A stretch of DNA of 61,964 nt, filler included. It is 5 parts of 5 records of this genome, joined end to end, with 100 filler letters (N's around TTAATTAATTAA, not from the genome) between each part and the next. Parts side by side here need not be neighbours in the genome. Positions count along the whole stretch, not along the records: positions 36,219 to 47,126 come from DRR723986_4139; positions 47,227 to 56,297 come from DRR723986_4145; 3 more parts are not named here. One strand, 5' to 3'. Shown here piece by piece: positions 39,720 to 49,851 of the stretch (positions within the stretch are counted from its first letter, which is position 1; the number at the start of each line of letters is the position of its first letter). The notes under the pieces are model-generated. The model did no database searches. It saw only the letters and a list, made by a program, of their open reading frames with translations, and had not been told where the DNA came from. The position numbers were made by a program, and so were the translations under genes.

Positions 39720-40531
39720 CCCAGCGCCTTTCGCAGCATGTTCAGCGCCACCAGCGTAAGAAAAATCGCAAAAATGCGCTTTAGCCTTGCCGCATCGGTG
39801 GCATGGGCCAGCCTTACCCCCCAGGGGGTGGTGATCAGCGTCATCGAAATAATCACGCCAAAGGCCGCGATATTCACCGCACCAATGCTAAGGGGCGGCG
39901 CGCTTTGCACAGGCATCAGCAAAAACCCCAGCACCGAGGGCACCGCAATCACCACGCCAAAGCCCGCCGCCGTGGCCACGGCCCGGTGAATGGGGGTGTT
40001 ATAAAGGCTCATCAAAGGCACGCCAAAACTGCCGCCGCCGATGCCCATCAAGACCGATAAAAACCCAACCACAGGCGAAATGGCCATTCGCCGCCAGCCC
40101 CCGGGCATGGCCTGCCCCAGCCGCCAATGCGCGCGCCCAAGGCCCAGATAAAGCCCGATGATCAGCCCCAAAACGCCAAAAATCAGCTGCAATGTCACCG
40201 AGCGCAGCGAGGCCGCCACCAACACCCCCAGCAACGCCCCCGCCCCAATGCCAGGCGCCCATCCGCGCAAAATAGCCCAATCCACTGCACCTTTGCGATG
40301 ATGGCTTAACACCGACCTGATCGAGGTAACAAGGATCGTTGAAAGCGATGTGGCCAAACACACCTGCATCAATTGCGGCCCGCTATAGCCCAAAGTGGTG
40401 AAAACGTAATAAAACGATGGCACCAAAACGATGCCGCCCCCAACCCCCAACAGCCCGGCCAAAACACCGGCAAAGGCGCCCACGACCGCAAGCATCGCAA
40501 GCATTTGCAAAAGCAACATTAAATCTGGCAT
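39710..40531 (-). CDS. TauE/SafE (TSUP) family transporter
   Basis: AGLLGVGGGIVLVP and MGIGGGSFGVP repeated motifs; multiple TM helices. Confidence 0.9.
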   Translation of the reverse strand: MPDLMLLLQMLAMLAVVGAFAGVLAGLLGVGGGIVLVPSFYYVFTTLGYSGPQLMQVCLATSLSTILVTSIRSVLSHHRKGAVDWAILRGWAPGIGAGALLGVLVAASLRSVTLQLIFGVLGLIIGLYLGLGRAHWRLGQAMPGGWRRMAISPVVGFLSVLMGIGGGSFGVPLMSLYNTPIHRAVATAAGFGVVIAVPSVLGFLLMPVQSAPPLSIGAVNIAAFGVIISMTLITTPWGVRLAHATDAARLKRIFAIFLTLVALNMLRKALGWG

Positions 40532-40623
40532 AGATGCGCCCCCCGCAAGCCCAGTTTCGCACGCCCAGTTTCCCCGTGTGCGCGGTTTAACCCTGATTGT
40601 GGAGATTGAAAAGCACCGCCGTG

Positions 40624-41646
40624 TCAGCCCTGCGCCTGCGCCTCTCGCACATGGCGCAGCGCCTCTTGCACCAGATCGGTGCCAGCCCCGGGCCGGTGGG
40701 CCCCTTCCGACAGCACCCGCCGCCAGCCCCGTGCGCCCGGCCGTTGGGCGAAAAGCCCCAACATATGCCGCGTGATTTGCGCCAGTTTCCCACCCTGATC
40801 CAGATGCGCCTGAATATAGGGCAGCATTTGGCGCACCACATCTGCCGCATCAGGCCCCTCGGGGGCGCCCGCCCCTGCGATTAGGCGGTCGGCATTGGCC
40901 AAAATTTCGTGTGGGCGATGATAGGCCGCGCGCCCGATCATCACGCCGTCGATACCACCGTCAAGCAGCTGCGCTGCCTGCTGCAGGCTGTCGACGCCGC
41001 CATTGATCGAGATATGCAGATGCGGAAACAGCGCCTTCATCCGAAAGACCAAATCATAATCCAGCGGCGGAATATCGCGGTTTTCCTTGGGGCTGAGCCC
41101 CTGCAGCCAGGCCTTGCGCGCATGAATTGTCACCCGCTCGACCCCGGCGGCGATGATGCGCGCCAGAAATTCGGGCAAAACCTGGTTCGGGTCTTGGTCG
41201 TCTACGCCGATCCGGCATTTCACGGTGACGGGCACGCCGGGCGCGGCCGATATCATGGCAGCGCAGCATTCGGCCACAAGGCCTGCGTCTTTCATCAGCA
41301 CAGCCCCGAATGTGCCCGATTGCACGCGGTCGCTGGGGCAGCCACAGTTCAGGTTGATCTCGTCATAACCCGCCCGCGCACCCAACCGCGCCGCCACCGC
41401 CAATTCGCCCGGATCCGAGCCGCCCAATTGCAAGGCAACAGGATGCTCCTCGGGGTTATAATCCAGCAAATGCAGCGCCTGCCCCCGCACCAAAGCCGGC
41501 ACTGTGACCATCTCGGTATAAAGCAGCGCATGCCGACTGATCAGGCGGTGCATATAGCGGCAATGCCTGTCGGTCCAATCCATCATCGGTGCGACACTGA
41601 GACGAGCGGCCCGGCATATATCTGTTTTTGTTGAAGTTTTTGCCAT
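40624..41646 (-). CDS. dusA: tRNA dihydrouridine(20/20a) synthase
   Basis: SVAPMMDWTDRHCR, LYTEMV, QLGGSDP, NLNCGCPSDRVQSG, HARKAWL; start placed at ATG 41646. Confidence 0.95.
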   Translation of the reverse strand: MAKTSTKTDICRAARLSVAPMMDWTDRHCRYMHRLISRHALLYTEMVTVPALVRGQALHLLDYNPEEHPVALQLGGSDPGELAVAARLGARAGYDEINLNCGCPSDRVQSGTFGAVLMKDAGLVAECCAAMISAAPGVPVTVKCRIGVDDQDPNQVLPEFLARIIAAGVERVTIHARKAWLQGLSPKENRDIPPLDYDLVFRMKALFPHLHISINGGVDSLQQAAQLLDGGIDGVMIGRAAYHRPHEILANADRLIAGAGAPEGPDAADVVRQMLPYIQAHLDQGGKLAQITRHMLGLFAQRPGARGWRRVLSEGAHRPGAGTDLVQEALRHVREAQAQG

Positions 41647-41671
41647 TTTCCGTATTTTCGCCTCGTTACTC

Positions 41672-41763
41672 GTAGTCCCTATTTCCGCCGTTTTCCCCTT
41701 GTTTTTGACCGTTCCAACATATACGGGACTACACTGTAGTCCCAACGTCTCTAATGTAGTCCC
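41672..41763. repeat. GTAGTCCC repeat cluster (candidate integrase arm-type or regulatory sites)
   Basis: GTAGTCCC at 41672, 41736 and 41756; inverted copy at 41725 forming GGGACTACA-C-TGTAGTCCC (41725-41743). Confidence 0.75.
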
Positions 41764-41769
41764 GAGCTT

Positions 41770-42840
41770 ATGATCCGGAAAAACACCCGCACAGATGGAA
41801 CCACGACCTTCACAGCTCAGGTCCGATTCAAGCGCGGCGGTAAGACTGTTTATCAAGAAACGAAGACCTTTGAAAGAGAGCGCGTCGCCCGGGCGTGGCT
41901 GGCACGGCGGCGAGAGGAGCTCGAGAAGCCCGGAGCGCTCGAGAAGGCGCAATCGCCCGGCGGAACCCTGGCCGACGCAATCCGGGACTACACAGATGAC
42001 GTCGACAGGATCGGGAAGACGAAGGCCCAGGTCCTGAGGTCCCTGCTCGAGTTCGATATCGCGTCGAGGCCCATGTCGGAAATCCGCTCCCAGGATATTG
42101 TTGAACTGGCGCGCCAGCTCGGCCGCGGAGGACGCCAGCCGCAGACGGTCCAGAACTACCTCTCCCACCTGGGCGCCGTCTTCGCGGTCGCGCGTTCCGC
42201 TTACGGCTACGACGTCGACCGGAGCGTCATCTCCGACGCGCTGGAGACGACCCGGCGCCTCGGCATGACCGGGAAAAGCGGGAAGCGCGACAGGCGGCCG
42301 ACGATCGAAGAGATCGACGCTCTCCTTGCTCATTTCGAAGAAATCCGAGCGCGGCGGCCCTCTTCGAACCCCATGGCACACGTTGTTGCTTTCGCCCTCT
42401 TCTCTACGCGGCGACAGGAAGAGATCACGCGGGTCGAATGGGATGACCTCGACGAGCGTCACTCGCGGGTCCTTGTCCGGGACATGAAGCACCCGGGACA
42501 AAAGCGCGGAAACGACGTTTTCGTCGACCTGCCGCCCGAAGCGATGGAGATCATCCGGAAAATGCCGCGCAGGGATCCCCGGATCTTCCCTTTCTCGACT
42601 GACGCAATCAGCGCGGCGTTTACAAGGGCTTGCAAGGTCCTCGACATCGAGGATCTCCACTTCCATGACCTGCGACATGAGGGGGTCTCGAGGCTCTTCG
42701 AGATGGGCTGGACCATTCCGCGCGTGTCGGCTGTCAGCGGACATCGCTCTTGGTCGTCTCTTCAGCGCTACGCGCATCTCCGCGAGACCGGCGATCGCTG
42801 GGCCGGCTGGCCCTGGCTTGAGCGTCTCGAGCGGCTCTGA
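41770..42840 (+). CDS. dusA-associated tyrosine recombinase/integrase
   Basis: Catalytic set R (STRRQEE), K (RDMKHP), HxxR (FHDLRHEG), H and Y (SGHRSWSSLQRY); arm-binding-like N-terminus; adjacent to dusA 5' end. Confidence 0.92.
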   Translation: MIRKNTRTDGTTTFTAQVRFKRGGKTVYQETKTFERERVARAWLARRREELEKPGALEKAQSPGGTLADAIRDYTDDVDRIGKTKAQVLRSLLEFDIASRPMSEIRSQDIVELARQLGRGGRQPQTVQNYLSHLGAVFAVARSAYGYDVDRSVISDALETTRRLGMTGKSGKRDRRPTIEEIDALLAHFEEIRARRPSSNPMAHVVAFALFSTRRQEEITRVEWDDLDERHSRVLVRDMKHPGQKRGNDVFVDLPPEAMEIIRKMPRRDPRIFPFSTDAISAAFTRACKVLDIEDLHFHDLRHEGVSRLFEMGWTIPRVSAVSGHRSWSSLQRYAHLRETGDRWAGWPWLERLERL

Positions 42841-43155
42841 AAATCCGGATTCTGCACAATTTAACAAATAAATTTGTTTGTCTGAATGTGCGAGAAGGGC
42901 CCGGAGGCCCACCTCTTACGCCTCAGGCTTAAAGGCAAAGCCAACACCATTTACCTAGGGCCACGCCAACTGCGACGTGAAAGAGTTGCTCTACACCAGT
43001 CGATCGGTCCCGGCGTCGGCGCGAACTTAGCCTCCGCCACCAGGCAACACAATAGTCGGTCATATTATCTTCCGCTTTCGGAACCCAAGGCAGCTCCTTG
43101 TGTTTTGGATTTTCACTGACCTGTGGGATTCTTCCATTGAAACGGGGAGAGCAAC

Positions 43156-44343
43156 TTGAGCGAGACTATTTTCATTCACTGCGAAACATATTCGCGAAAG
43201 CCCAACAAGGCAGGGCAGTCTGTGGAGCAAGTAATTGCAGAAGGACTTCGGGATGGTGCTTTTCACTCTCATATTCCGAGTCCCCACCCACCCATCGTAC
43301 TGTTGGGGTCAGCCTCTTCATTCAAAGAATTACACGATACACATGTCGCGCGCCGAAGCACTAGCGTCACGAGGGACAGTCAAAACACTCGGCGTGCAAT
43401 TCGAAAGGATCGCCACACCCTTTTCACGGTTATCGCGTCTTATCCAGTTAAAACAGCCATGGTAAATAGCCTTGATAAAGAGGTTGAACGGCTGAAGTCA
43501 TGGGCGAAAAAAACATGTAGATGGGTGAAGCAAAAATATGGGGAACAGTTGAAGGTGGCACTTCTGCACATTGACGAAGAATATCCCCATATTCATTTTT
43601 GGCTGCTTCCAGATGACCCTGGCGCAAATGCAAAAACACTGCATCCTGGCAAACGCGCAAAGCTTGAGACAGAAGCGAAGCTAAAATTGGAAGGCACGCC
43701 CGCCCGCACTTCTGTTAAACTGGGAAATCAAGCCTTTAAGCAAGCGATGCGCGCATGGATTGATGATTATTTTCTGAATGTCGGCGCAGAACTTGGCTTT
43801 CACCGTGACGGACCTCGTCGGCGCCGCTTGGGTTCAGCTCAGTATCAGGCCGAGAAGGCAACGCTTGCGGCATATTGTGAATTGGAAGAACGGAGTGCGG
43901 AGCTACGTAATGTTGTTGCGCGCCTTCAGGCTCAAAAGCAAGAAGCAGAGCAAGAAATTGAGGAAATGAAAAAAGCTTCAAGGAAAACTGAATTATACCT
44001 AAAGAGTCGACTTTCAGAATTGCAGAGGTTTGAAGAGCGAGCTGAGAGATACCAGCAAAAGCTTTCTGATATTGCTTATCAGATCGTAGCAATTGAGCCG
44101 ATGATTGAAGCCGCAGTTCGTGAAATCGAAAATGGCACCATCGAATTCTCCGAAAAGCAGGAATGGCTCGTAAATGATCCTGCTCCGTTCGAGGCAGCAG
44201 GAAAAATGGGGTTGCGCCTTTATCCGGCAATCAAGTGGTTGTCATTTCTTATTTCGTCAGCGGAAAGTGGGAGTATGGAAGCGCAAAACCAAGAACTACA
44301 GCTTACTTCAAATGAAATTGAGGAAAACCCTTATCACCATTAG
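43156..44343 (+). CDS. Mob/Pre (MOB_V-like) relaxase with C-terminal coiled coil
   Basis: LHIDEEYPHIHF matches the HxDExxPHxH HUH motif; VIASYP motif II-like; TTG start after GGGGAG. Confidence 0.75.
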   Translation: MSETIFIHCETYSRKPNKAGQSVEQVIAEGLRDGAFHSHIPSPHPPIVLLGSASSFKELHDTHVARRSTSVTRDSQNTRRAIRKDRHTLFTVIASYPVKTAMVNSLDKEVERLKSWAKKTCRWVKQKYGEQLKVALLHIDEEYPHIHFWLLPDDPGANAKTLHPGKRAKLETEAKLKLEGTPARTSVKLGNQAFKQAMRAWIDDYFLNVGAELGFHRDGPRRRRLGSAQYQAEKATLAAYCELEERSAELRNVVARLQAQKQEAEQEIEEMKKASRKTELYLKSRLSELQRFEERAERYQQKLSDIAYQIVAIEPMIEAAVREIENGTIEFSEKQEWLVNDPAPFEAAGKMGLRLYPAIKWLSFLISSAESGSMEAQNQELQLTSNEIEENPYHH

Positions 44344-44358
44344 ACTTAAGCTCTACGG

Positions 44359-44676
44359 TTATGGATTCAAAGGACTGAGATCAATTTCGCCGCCTTTGCT
44401 TCTGAAGGTCGCCGCATCCGCATCCCAGGTTGCCACCACATAGCATGGATCTACTCCAGCCCCGCTGTTCCCGTCACTTGTGACACAACCGCTCCCATGG
44501 ATGGGGATCAGAACAAATGATTTTTCCCCTTGCAGCACTGAGAACGGACGAAATCCACTCCGGCGGAAAAAGGCGACCCCGTCCACGATCAGATGGAATC
44601 CGCAGCCGCCAGAGCCGCACCAGCCGTATCCGATATTGGTGCAGTGAAACTCGTTGTATAGAACGGTGCCCATGAC
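44359..44676 (-). pseudogene. 3' remnant of a Cys-rich hypothetical gene interrupted by IS21
   Basis: Protein-like frame (WCGSGGCGFHLIVDG...) whose upstream part runs into the IS left end at 44677. Confidence 0.6.
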
Positions 44677-44783
44677 TGTGAATCGGCATGCAAAAGTGAC
44701 CCACTTGGGTGGGTTATGATCATCTAAAACTGACCCACCTGCATTGTTAACATCCGTGCGCTTTGGGCACGGAGGAAGAGCAG

Positions 44784-46295
44784 GTGTTACTGATGGAAAC
44801 GGCAATGAAGATCCGAGGCTGGATCTTGGGGGATGGGCGCAGCATCCATTCCGTGGCGCGCGAGACGGGGATTTCGCGAACGACGATTAAGAAGTATCTG
44901 AAGAACCCGGATCAACCGCGGTATCGCGGACGGCAACCGCGTATTGGGTCCAAGCTGAACGCGCAGTTCGAGGCGCGTCTGCGGGAACTTTTCGATCATG
45001 ATCTGTCCCTTCGGCGCCGTGACCGGCGCACAGCGAAGAAGCTCTATGAAGAGCTTGTCGCGGAGGGCTACACGGGCTCCTATTCGCCAGTTCAACGTTT
45101 TGTCAGTGAGCTCAAGAAGTCATCGGGAACCGACGGAACTGATGCATTCATCCCGCTCTATTTCGCGGCTGGCGATGCGCTTCAGTTCGACTGGAGCGAG
45201 GAATATGTCCTGTTAGGGGGTGTTCAACACAAGGTTCACGTCGCCCATTTCCGCCTGTGCCACAGCCGCAAGCCTTTCGTCGCGGCCTACATGAACGAGA
45301 AGCAGGAGATGGTACTCGATGCCTTTGTGCGCGCGCTGGCATTCTTCGGCGGCGTCCCGCGCCGAGTGATCATCGACAACCCCAAAACCATGGTGACCTA
45401 TGTCTCACGATCGAAGGACCGGATCTTTCATCCACGCTTTCTGGCCTTGATGAACCATTACGTCATCGAACCTGTCGCCTGCACGCCGGCCTCGGGATGG
45501 GAGAAGGGTCAGGTCGAGAACCAGGTGCAGTTTCTACGTGGCGAGCTCTTCACGCCCAGGCTGGCCTTTGACGATCTGGCGGCACTGAATGCCTGGCTTC
45601 TGCTTCGCTGCGAGGAGCTGGCTGAACGCCGCCATACTGATCAACAGCATCGCACAATCGCCGAAGTCTTTGCGGATGAGAAGATCGAGCTGCGCCCGCT
45701 GGGCCGCCCTTTCGACGGTTATGTTGAAAAAACTCTGCGGGTCAGATCCACCTGCCTCGTGCAGTATGACAGCAATCGCTACAGCGTGCCGTGCGAACAT
45801 GCGGGGCATCACGTCTCGTTGCGCGCCTATGCTGATCGGCTTGTCATGATCGCAAACGACGAAATTATCGCTGAACATAAGCGGCGCTTCACACGCAATA
45901 TCAGCTACTTCGAGCCCTGGCACTATGTGCTGCTGCTTGATCGCAAGCCCGGTGCGCTGCGTGATGGCGCCCCTTTTGTTGGCTGGGAATTGCCCAAATC
46001 GATGGAGCAGATCAAGGATCACTACATGCGCGAGAAAGGTGGCGACCGCGAGTTTGTCGATCTGCTGCTGCTGGCACTCGAACATGGCATCGACGTGGTC
46101 GAGATGGCCTGCGATCTGGCCGTCGAACAACGCACCCTGCGCTTGCCAGCGATCATCAATCTGGTCAATCAGCTGCTGGAGCCGACAATCGCGCCACTGG
46201 CGGAGACACATGCCTATCCACAGCTGACCCTACGCCCAGAGGCCGATTGCAAGCGATATGAAGCGCTGTGTGCTGCGGGGAGGGTCGCGGCATGA
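44784..46295 (+). CDS. istA: IS21 transposase IstA
   Basis: HTH ([19 protein letters not shown]), DDE residues QFDW / IDNPK / [18 protein letters not shown] start after GGAGG. Confidence 0.95.
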   Translation: MLLMETAMKIRGWILGDGRSIHSVARETGISRTTIKKYLKNPDQPRYRGRQPRIGSKLNAQFEARLRELFDHDLSLRRRDRRTAKKLYEELVAEGYTGSYSPVQRFVSELKKSSGTDGTDAFIPLYFAAGDALQFDWSEEYVLLGGVQHKVHVAHFRLCHSRKPFVAAYMNEKQEMVLDAFVRALAFFGGVPRRVIIDNPKTMVTYVSRSKDRIFHPRFLALMNHYVIEPVACTPASGWEKGQVENQVQFLRGELFTPRLAFDDLAALNAWLLLRCEELAERRHTDQQHRTIAEVFADEKIELRPLGRPFDGYVEKTLRVRSTCLVQYDSNRYSVPCEHAGHHVSLRAYADRLVMIANDEIIAEHKRRFTRNISYFEPWHYVLLLDRKPGALRDGAPFVGWELPKSMEQIKDHYMREKGGDREFVDLLLLALEHGIDVVEMACDLAVEQRTLRLPAIINLVNQLLEPTIAPLAETHAYPQLTLRPEADCKRYEALCAAGRVAA

Positions 46296-47023
46296 ACGCC
46301 CTCATCGATCAACTCGTTGCCCTCAGGCTTCATGGGATGGCAGCTTGCGCTCAGGATTTGCTTGCCGCGCGCACGCCACCCAGCCTGACAACAGCGCTGA
46401 AGACCTTGATCGAAGCCGAGACCAAAGAGCGATGGGTGCGGTCCATCCAGTATCAGATGCGCATCGCCAAATTTCCCCACCACAAGGACTTCGCTACCTT
46501 CGATTACAGCGCAGCGACCATCACGAAAGTGCAGATCGACCCGTTTTGCTCAGGCCAGTTCACCGATGACGCGCACAACATCATCCTCGTCGGTGGAACC
46601 GGCACTGGAAAGACGCACATTTCCATCGCGCTCGGGACCAACTTGGTCAACCGGGGCAAGCGGGTGCGCTTCTATAATGCCGTCGATCTGATCAATGCCC
46701 TCATTGCAGAGCAGGCCGAGGGCAACACCGGGAAGATCATCAAGCAACTGACCGCCTTGGATTGCGTCATCATCGATGAACTTGGCTATATCCCGTTTCC
46801 CAAGTCCGGCGGGTCACTGCTGTTTCATCTGATCAGCAAGCTGTATGAGACGACCAGCGTCATCATCACCACAAACCTCGAGTTCGGCGAATGGGTGTCG
46901 GTGTTCGGCGATGCAAAGATGACCACCGCGCTGCTGGATCGGGTTACCCACCACTGCAGCATTATCGAAACCGGCAACACATCTTACCGTTTCGCCCAGA
47001 GCAAATCTCGAACAAAATCCTGA
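46292..47023 (+). CDS. istB: IS21 helper AAA+ ATPase IstB
   Basis: [28 protein letters not shown] overlap with istA. Confidence 0.95.
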   Translation: MNALIDQLVALRLHGMAACAQDLLAARTPPSLTTALKTLIEAETKERWVRSIQYQMRIAKFPHHKDFATFDYSAATITKVQIDPFCSGQFTDDAHNIILVGGTGTGKTHISIALGTNLVNRGKRVRFYNAVDLINALIAEQAEGNTGKIIKQLTALDCVIIDELGYIPFPKSGGSLLFHLISKLYETTSVIITTNLEFGEWVSVFGDAKMTTALLDRVTHHCSIIETGNTSYRFAQSKSRTKS

Positions 47024-47032
47024 ACCAGAAAA

Positions 47033-47088
47033 AGCAAAGCCCACAGGCGAGCCTGCTATATGGGGGCCGCTCGCCTGTGGGCTTTGCT
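47033..47088. repeat. Perfect 20-bp inverted repeat downstream of istB
   Basis: AGCAAAGCCCACAGGCGAGC (47033-47052) / GCTCGCCTGTGGGCTTTGCT (47069-47088), 16-nt loop. Confidence 0.85.
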
Positions 47089-47126
47089 ACCCCCCGGGTG
47101 GGTCATTTTTAAATGATCACGATGGG

Positions 47127-47226
47127 NNNNNNNNNNNNNNNNNNNNNNNNNNNNNNNNNNNNNNNNNNNNTTAATTAATTAANNNNNNNNNNNNNNNNNN
47201 NNNNNNNNNNNNNNNNNNNNNNNNNN
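47127..47226. other. Artificial contig spacer
   Basis: N-run flanking TTAATTAATTAA. Confidence 0.99.
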
Positions 47227-47345
47227 CCCGTAGAAATACGGCTCACAGCCCTTAGGCCTGTGAGCCCAAAGTTTGCAGGTCTTCAAACTTCAAGTCAAAA
47301 ACATCGAGCGTCAACTACTTCTGTCTCATTTACCATCCACTCAAC

Positions 47346-47891
47346 TCAACAACCGCCCGCCAATTTTTTGCTCAAAACCAGTGAGGCATAGTTGGTTTCC
47401 TTCCAGTTCTGCTGCGCCACAACCTTATACCCGCGCTTAACATAATAGTCAATCAACTCAACAGCCTGTTCTGAAGTGTCAAGCGCCAATTCGCTGTAGC
47501 CCTCACGTGCGGCCTGCGCCTCCAGAAAGTCCATCATAAACGAGCCAAGCCCACAAGACTGCAACTCCGGAGCCACGGCGAACTGCTGGAAATACGCAAC
47601 TGCTGGATTGTGATAATAAACATTCTGGTTGCCGGCATCAGGCACACACAGCGTCACCGTTCCCACCAACTGATTGTTTAACAAGCCCACATAACAAGTC
47701 CCTTTGTCAATGCGCGAATGCGTGATCTTCACGTCCTGCCAACTGGCCACATAATGCATCCCGCGTGCCGCCAGCGGCGCATATGCGCGGTTGAGTAGCT
47801 TGGTAAGCGCCTCCAGATCGTCAGACGTGTTAAGCTGGCGCAATACAACAGTTTTGTCATCCGACAGGTTAAATTCCGATACAGCTTGCAT
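47346..47891 (-). CDS. GNAT family N-acetyltransferase
   Basis: FAVAPELQSCGLGS acetyl-CoA motif A; LALDTSE; YYVKRGY. Confidence 0.88.
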   Translation of the reverse strand: MQAVSEFNLSDDKTVVLRQLNTSDDLEALTKLLNRAYAPLAARGMHYVASWQDVKITHSRIDKGTCYVGLLNNQLVGTVTLCVPDAGNQNVYYHNPAVAYFQQFAVAPELQSCGLGSFMMDFLEAQAAREGYSELALDTSEQAVELIDYYVKRGYKVVAQQNWKETNYASLVLSKKLAGGC

Positions 47892-47938
47892 AACTCTAAA
47901 TCCAAACTGTTTAGTAAAACTCTTGCAATTCCCGCTGT

Positions 47939-48382
47939 TTAAGTTGGCTCACCAAAAAAACGGCGATAGACTGGTCCACGCGCACGCATCTGCGCTTTAA
48001 TTTGCAGCTGCATCAGCGGCTCCAAAAACTTGGGTTTGGCCGTGAAAGTGATGTCGTCCACAATCTCGGTGTTCTGCCCCACCGCACGCAGCAGATGCAC
48101 ATGCCGCCAGCTCGCAAGCGGAAATGGCAATTTGCGGCCTTCATCCACAAATAACGCTTCGCTCGCAGTGATTTCGCGTTCGGTGATAACACTTTCCCAG
48201 CGCTGAGGCAACAGCGGAAAGTCAAGTACGATATGCACCTCGTCGCCTGGATGTGAACCGTCAAAACGATCAACCTTAACCGGAAGAAGCGGCGGCTTGA
48301 GCGCCTCAAAAAGCTCCAGATCAAAACGATCAAAGTTAGCCCTGAAATTGCCGGCTACCAGCGTTTGTACCACTACATGCAT
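47939..48382 (-). CDS. SRPBCC/START-like protein
   Basis: FVDEGRKLPFPLASWRHVH...TEIVDDITF pattern; start placed at ATG 48382. Confidence 0.65.
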   Translation of the reverse strand: MHVVVQTLVAGNFRANFDRFDLELFEALKPPLLPVKVDRFDGSHPGDEVHIVLDFPLLPQRWESVITEREITASEALFVDEGRKLPFPLASWRHVHLLRAVGQNTEIVDDITFTAKPKFLEPLMQLQIKAQMRARGPVYRRFFGEPT

Positions 48383-48802
48383 CTTCTCACCGCAGTCCTC
48401 TCTGAACATTTAGCCCATTTGATGTTCCACGCACAGGTTTCCCCTCCACTATTACGCGAACATACTATCCGACCGAGGCGACGGCTGCTAATAGTTGGAA
48501 TTGTGCCTGCACCGCTCTGCAATTGCCGCACCTGCAGAGAACAGCTACTTGCCGGCAGCTCTAAATTGCATCCAATTTTTCCGCTGTAAGTCTTGCAGGC
48601 CCGTCTACCAGCCGCACCGTGCGCCACAGACAATTCATAGGGCCTCCTGACGTCAAAACATGTGTTTGCAACCTCAATTCCACTTGCGGAATCTGACGCA
48701 GACAATTGATTCTGGAAGCAAACTCACAATAGATACGCTCCGCTCATCTGGACTTCTTTTAGCACACACTCTACTCAACGTTGGTACACACAATAATTGC
48801 AC

Positions 48803-49801
48803 ATGAGCACTCCTCGTATTTTGGTTCTTGGCGGCACCCGCTTTGTTGGCCGCATGACGGTAGAACGGCTGATTCAGCAAGATTTTGATCCCGTACTTTT
48901 TCATCGCACAGTTGAGCGCAATGCTCTGTTTCCCAAACTTGAACATCTAAACGGCGACCGCGAAACCGATGATATTAAACAAGTTCTTGGGCGGGATTGG
49001 GACGTCGTAATAGACTTCAGCTGTCAGATGCCACTCAGTTTTCAATCGCTCCTCGCCGAGCTGCGTGGCCGCGTGGGACGTTATATATTAATCTCTTCGA
49101 TATCGGCGCTCGATTTAACAGATCTCTCAAAACCCATTCCAGTAGATCAGGAGCTGCTGCCCTGCAGCGATGCCGAAAAACGCGAAACCAATATGAGTGC
49201 GTACGGCGTCCGCAAAGCCGAAACCGAACGGGTTTTGGCCGCCGAAAAGGACCTGGAAGGTGTGGTGCTGCGCCCGGCACTAATATTTGGCAAATACGAT
49301 TTCTCCGATCGCATGTACTACTGGATCGACCGTGTGCGCACGCAGGAACGCATTATGCTGCCGCACAACAATCGTGAAGACGTTTCGCTCACGTATGGCC
49401 CGGATCTTGCCAATGCGATTATTGCAGCCATGCGCCGCGAAACCGTGGACCCCGTCTACAACGCGATCACACCGCCGGACTACAGTCTCGCTTCCATTGT
49501 CAGCCACTGTGAAAATTTACTCGAACGCACAGTGGAACGCGTGGAGTTGCCCGCCGAGTTTCTGCTGGAACAAGGTGTACAGCCCTGGCAGCACGTGCCG
49601 ATGTGGCTCAACGGTGCGCGCCTGACGATCGAACACGGTAACTTCATCGATCATTTGGTCGGCCAGGCAACCTCTCAAGCACACGCAATGCGCGAAACCG
49701 TCCGATTTTACTCCGAGCGCGAGTGGCCTGAAATGAAATATGGCCTGCCGCGGGAACGCGAAGCAGAGCTTTTGCAGTTGTACGCCACGGCGACTGCCTG
49801 A
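48803..49801 (+). CDS. NAD-dependent epimerase/dehydratase (atypical SDR)
   Basis: LVLGGTRFVG, GDR, WDVVID, YGVRK (YxxxK), LRPALIFG. Confidence 0.85.
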   Translation: MSTPRILVLGGTRFVGRMTVERLIQQDFDPVLFHRTVERNALFPKLEHLNGDRETDDIKQVLGRDWDVVIDFSCQMPLSFQSLLAELRGRVGRYILISSISALDLTDLSKPIPVDQELLPCSDAEKRETNMSAYGVRKAETERVLAAEKDLEGVVLRPALIFGKYDFSDRMYYWIDRVRTQERIMLPHNNREDVSLTYGPDLANAIIAAMRRETVDPVYNAITPPDYSLASIVSHCENLLERTVERVELPAEFLLEQGVQPWQHVPMWLNGARLTIEHGNFIDHLVGQATSQAHAMRETVRFYSEREWPEMKYGLPREREAELLQLYATATA

Positions 49802-49851
49802 ATTGAACTATTGAACGTACAAACACTCACACATTCCCGGAGAATTGTTGC

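Larger units (their letters stand above)
41600..47126. mobile_element. dusA-integrated genomic island / putative integrative mobilizable element (one end only; left boundary approximate)
   Basis: Tyrosine integrase divergent from the dusA 5' end, compositional switch near 41615, relaxase-like gene, AT-richer cargo, nested IS. Confidence 0.8.
44677..47126 (+). mobile_element. IS21 family insertion sequence (outer right end cut by contig end)
   Basis: Starts TGTGAATCGGCATGCAAAAGTGACCCA; second repeat TGATCATCTAAAACTGACCCACC (44717-44739) is matched in inverted form near 47097-47119; istA-istB pair. Confidence 0.93.

Noticed and set aside
40624-42912. 762-aa ORF suggesting a giant DusA fusion
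   Set aside because: The extra 422 codons are mostly the antisense of the GC-rich integrase gene and show no domain-like features; DusA motifs begin near 41610.
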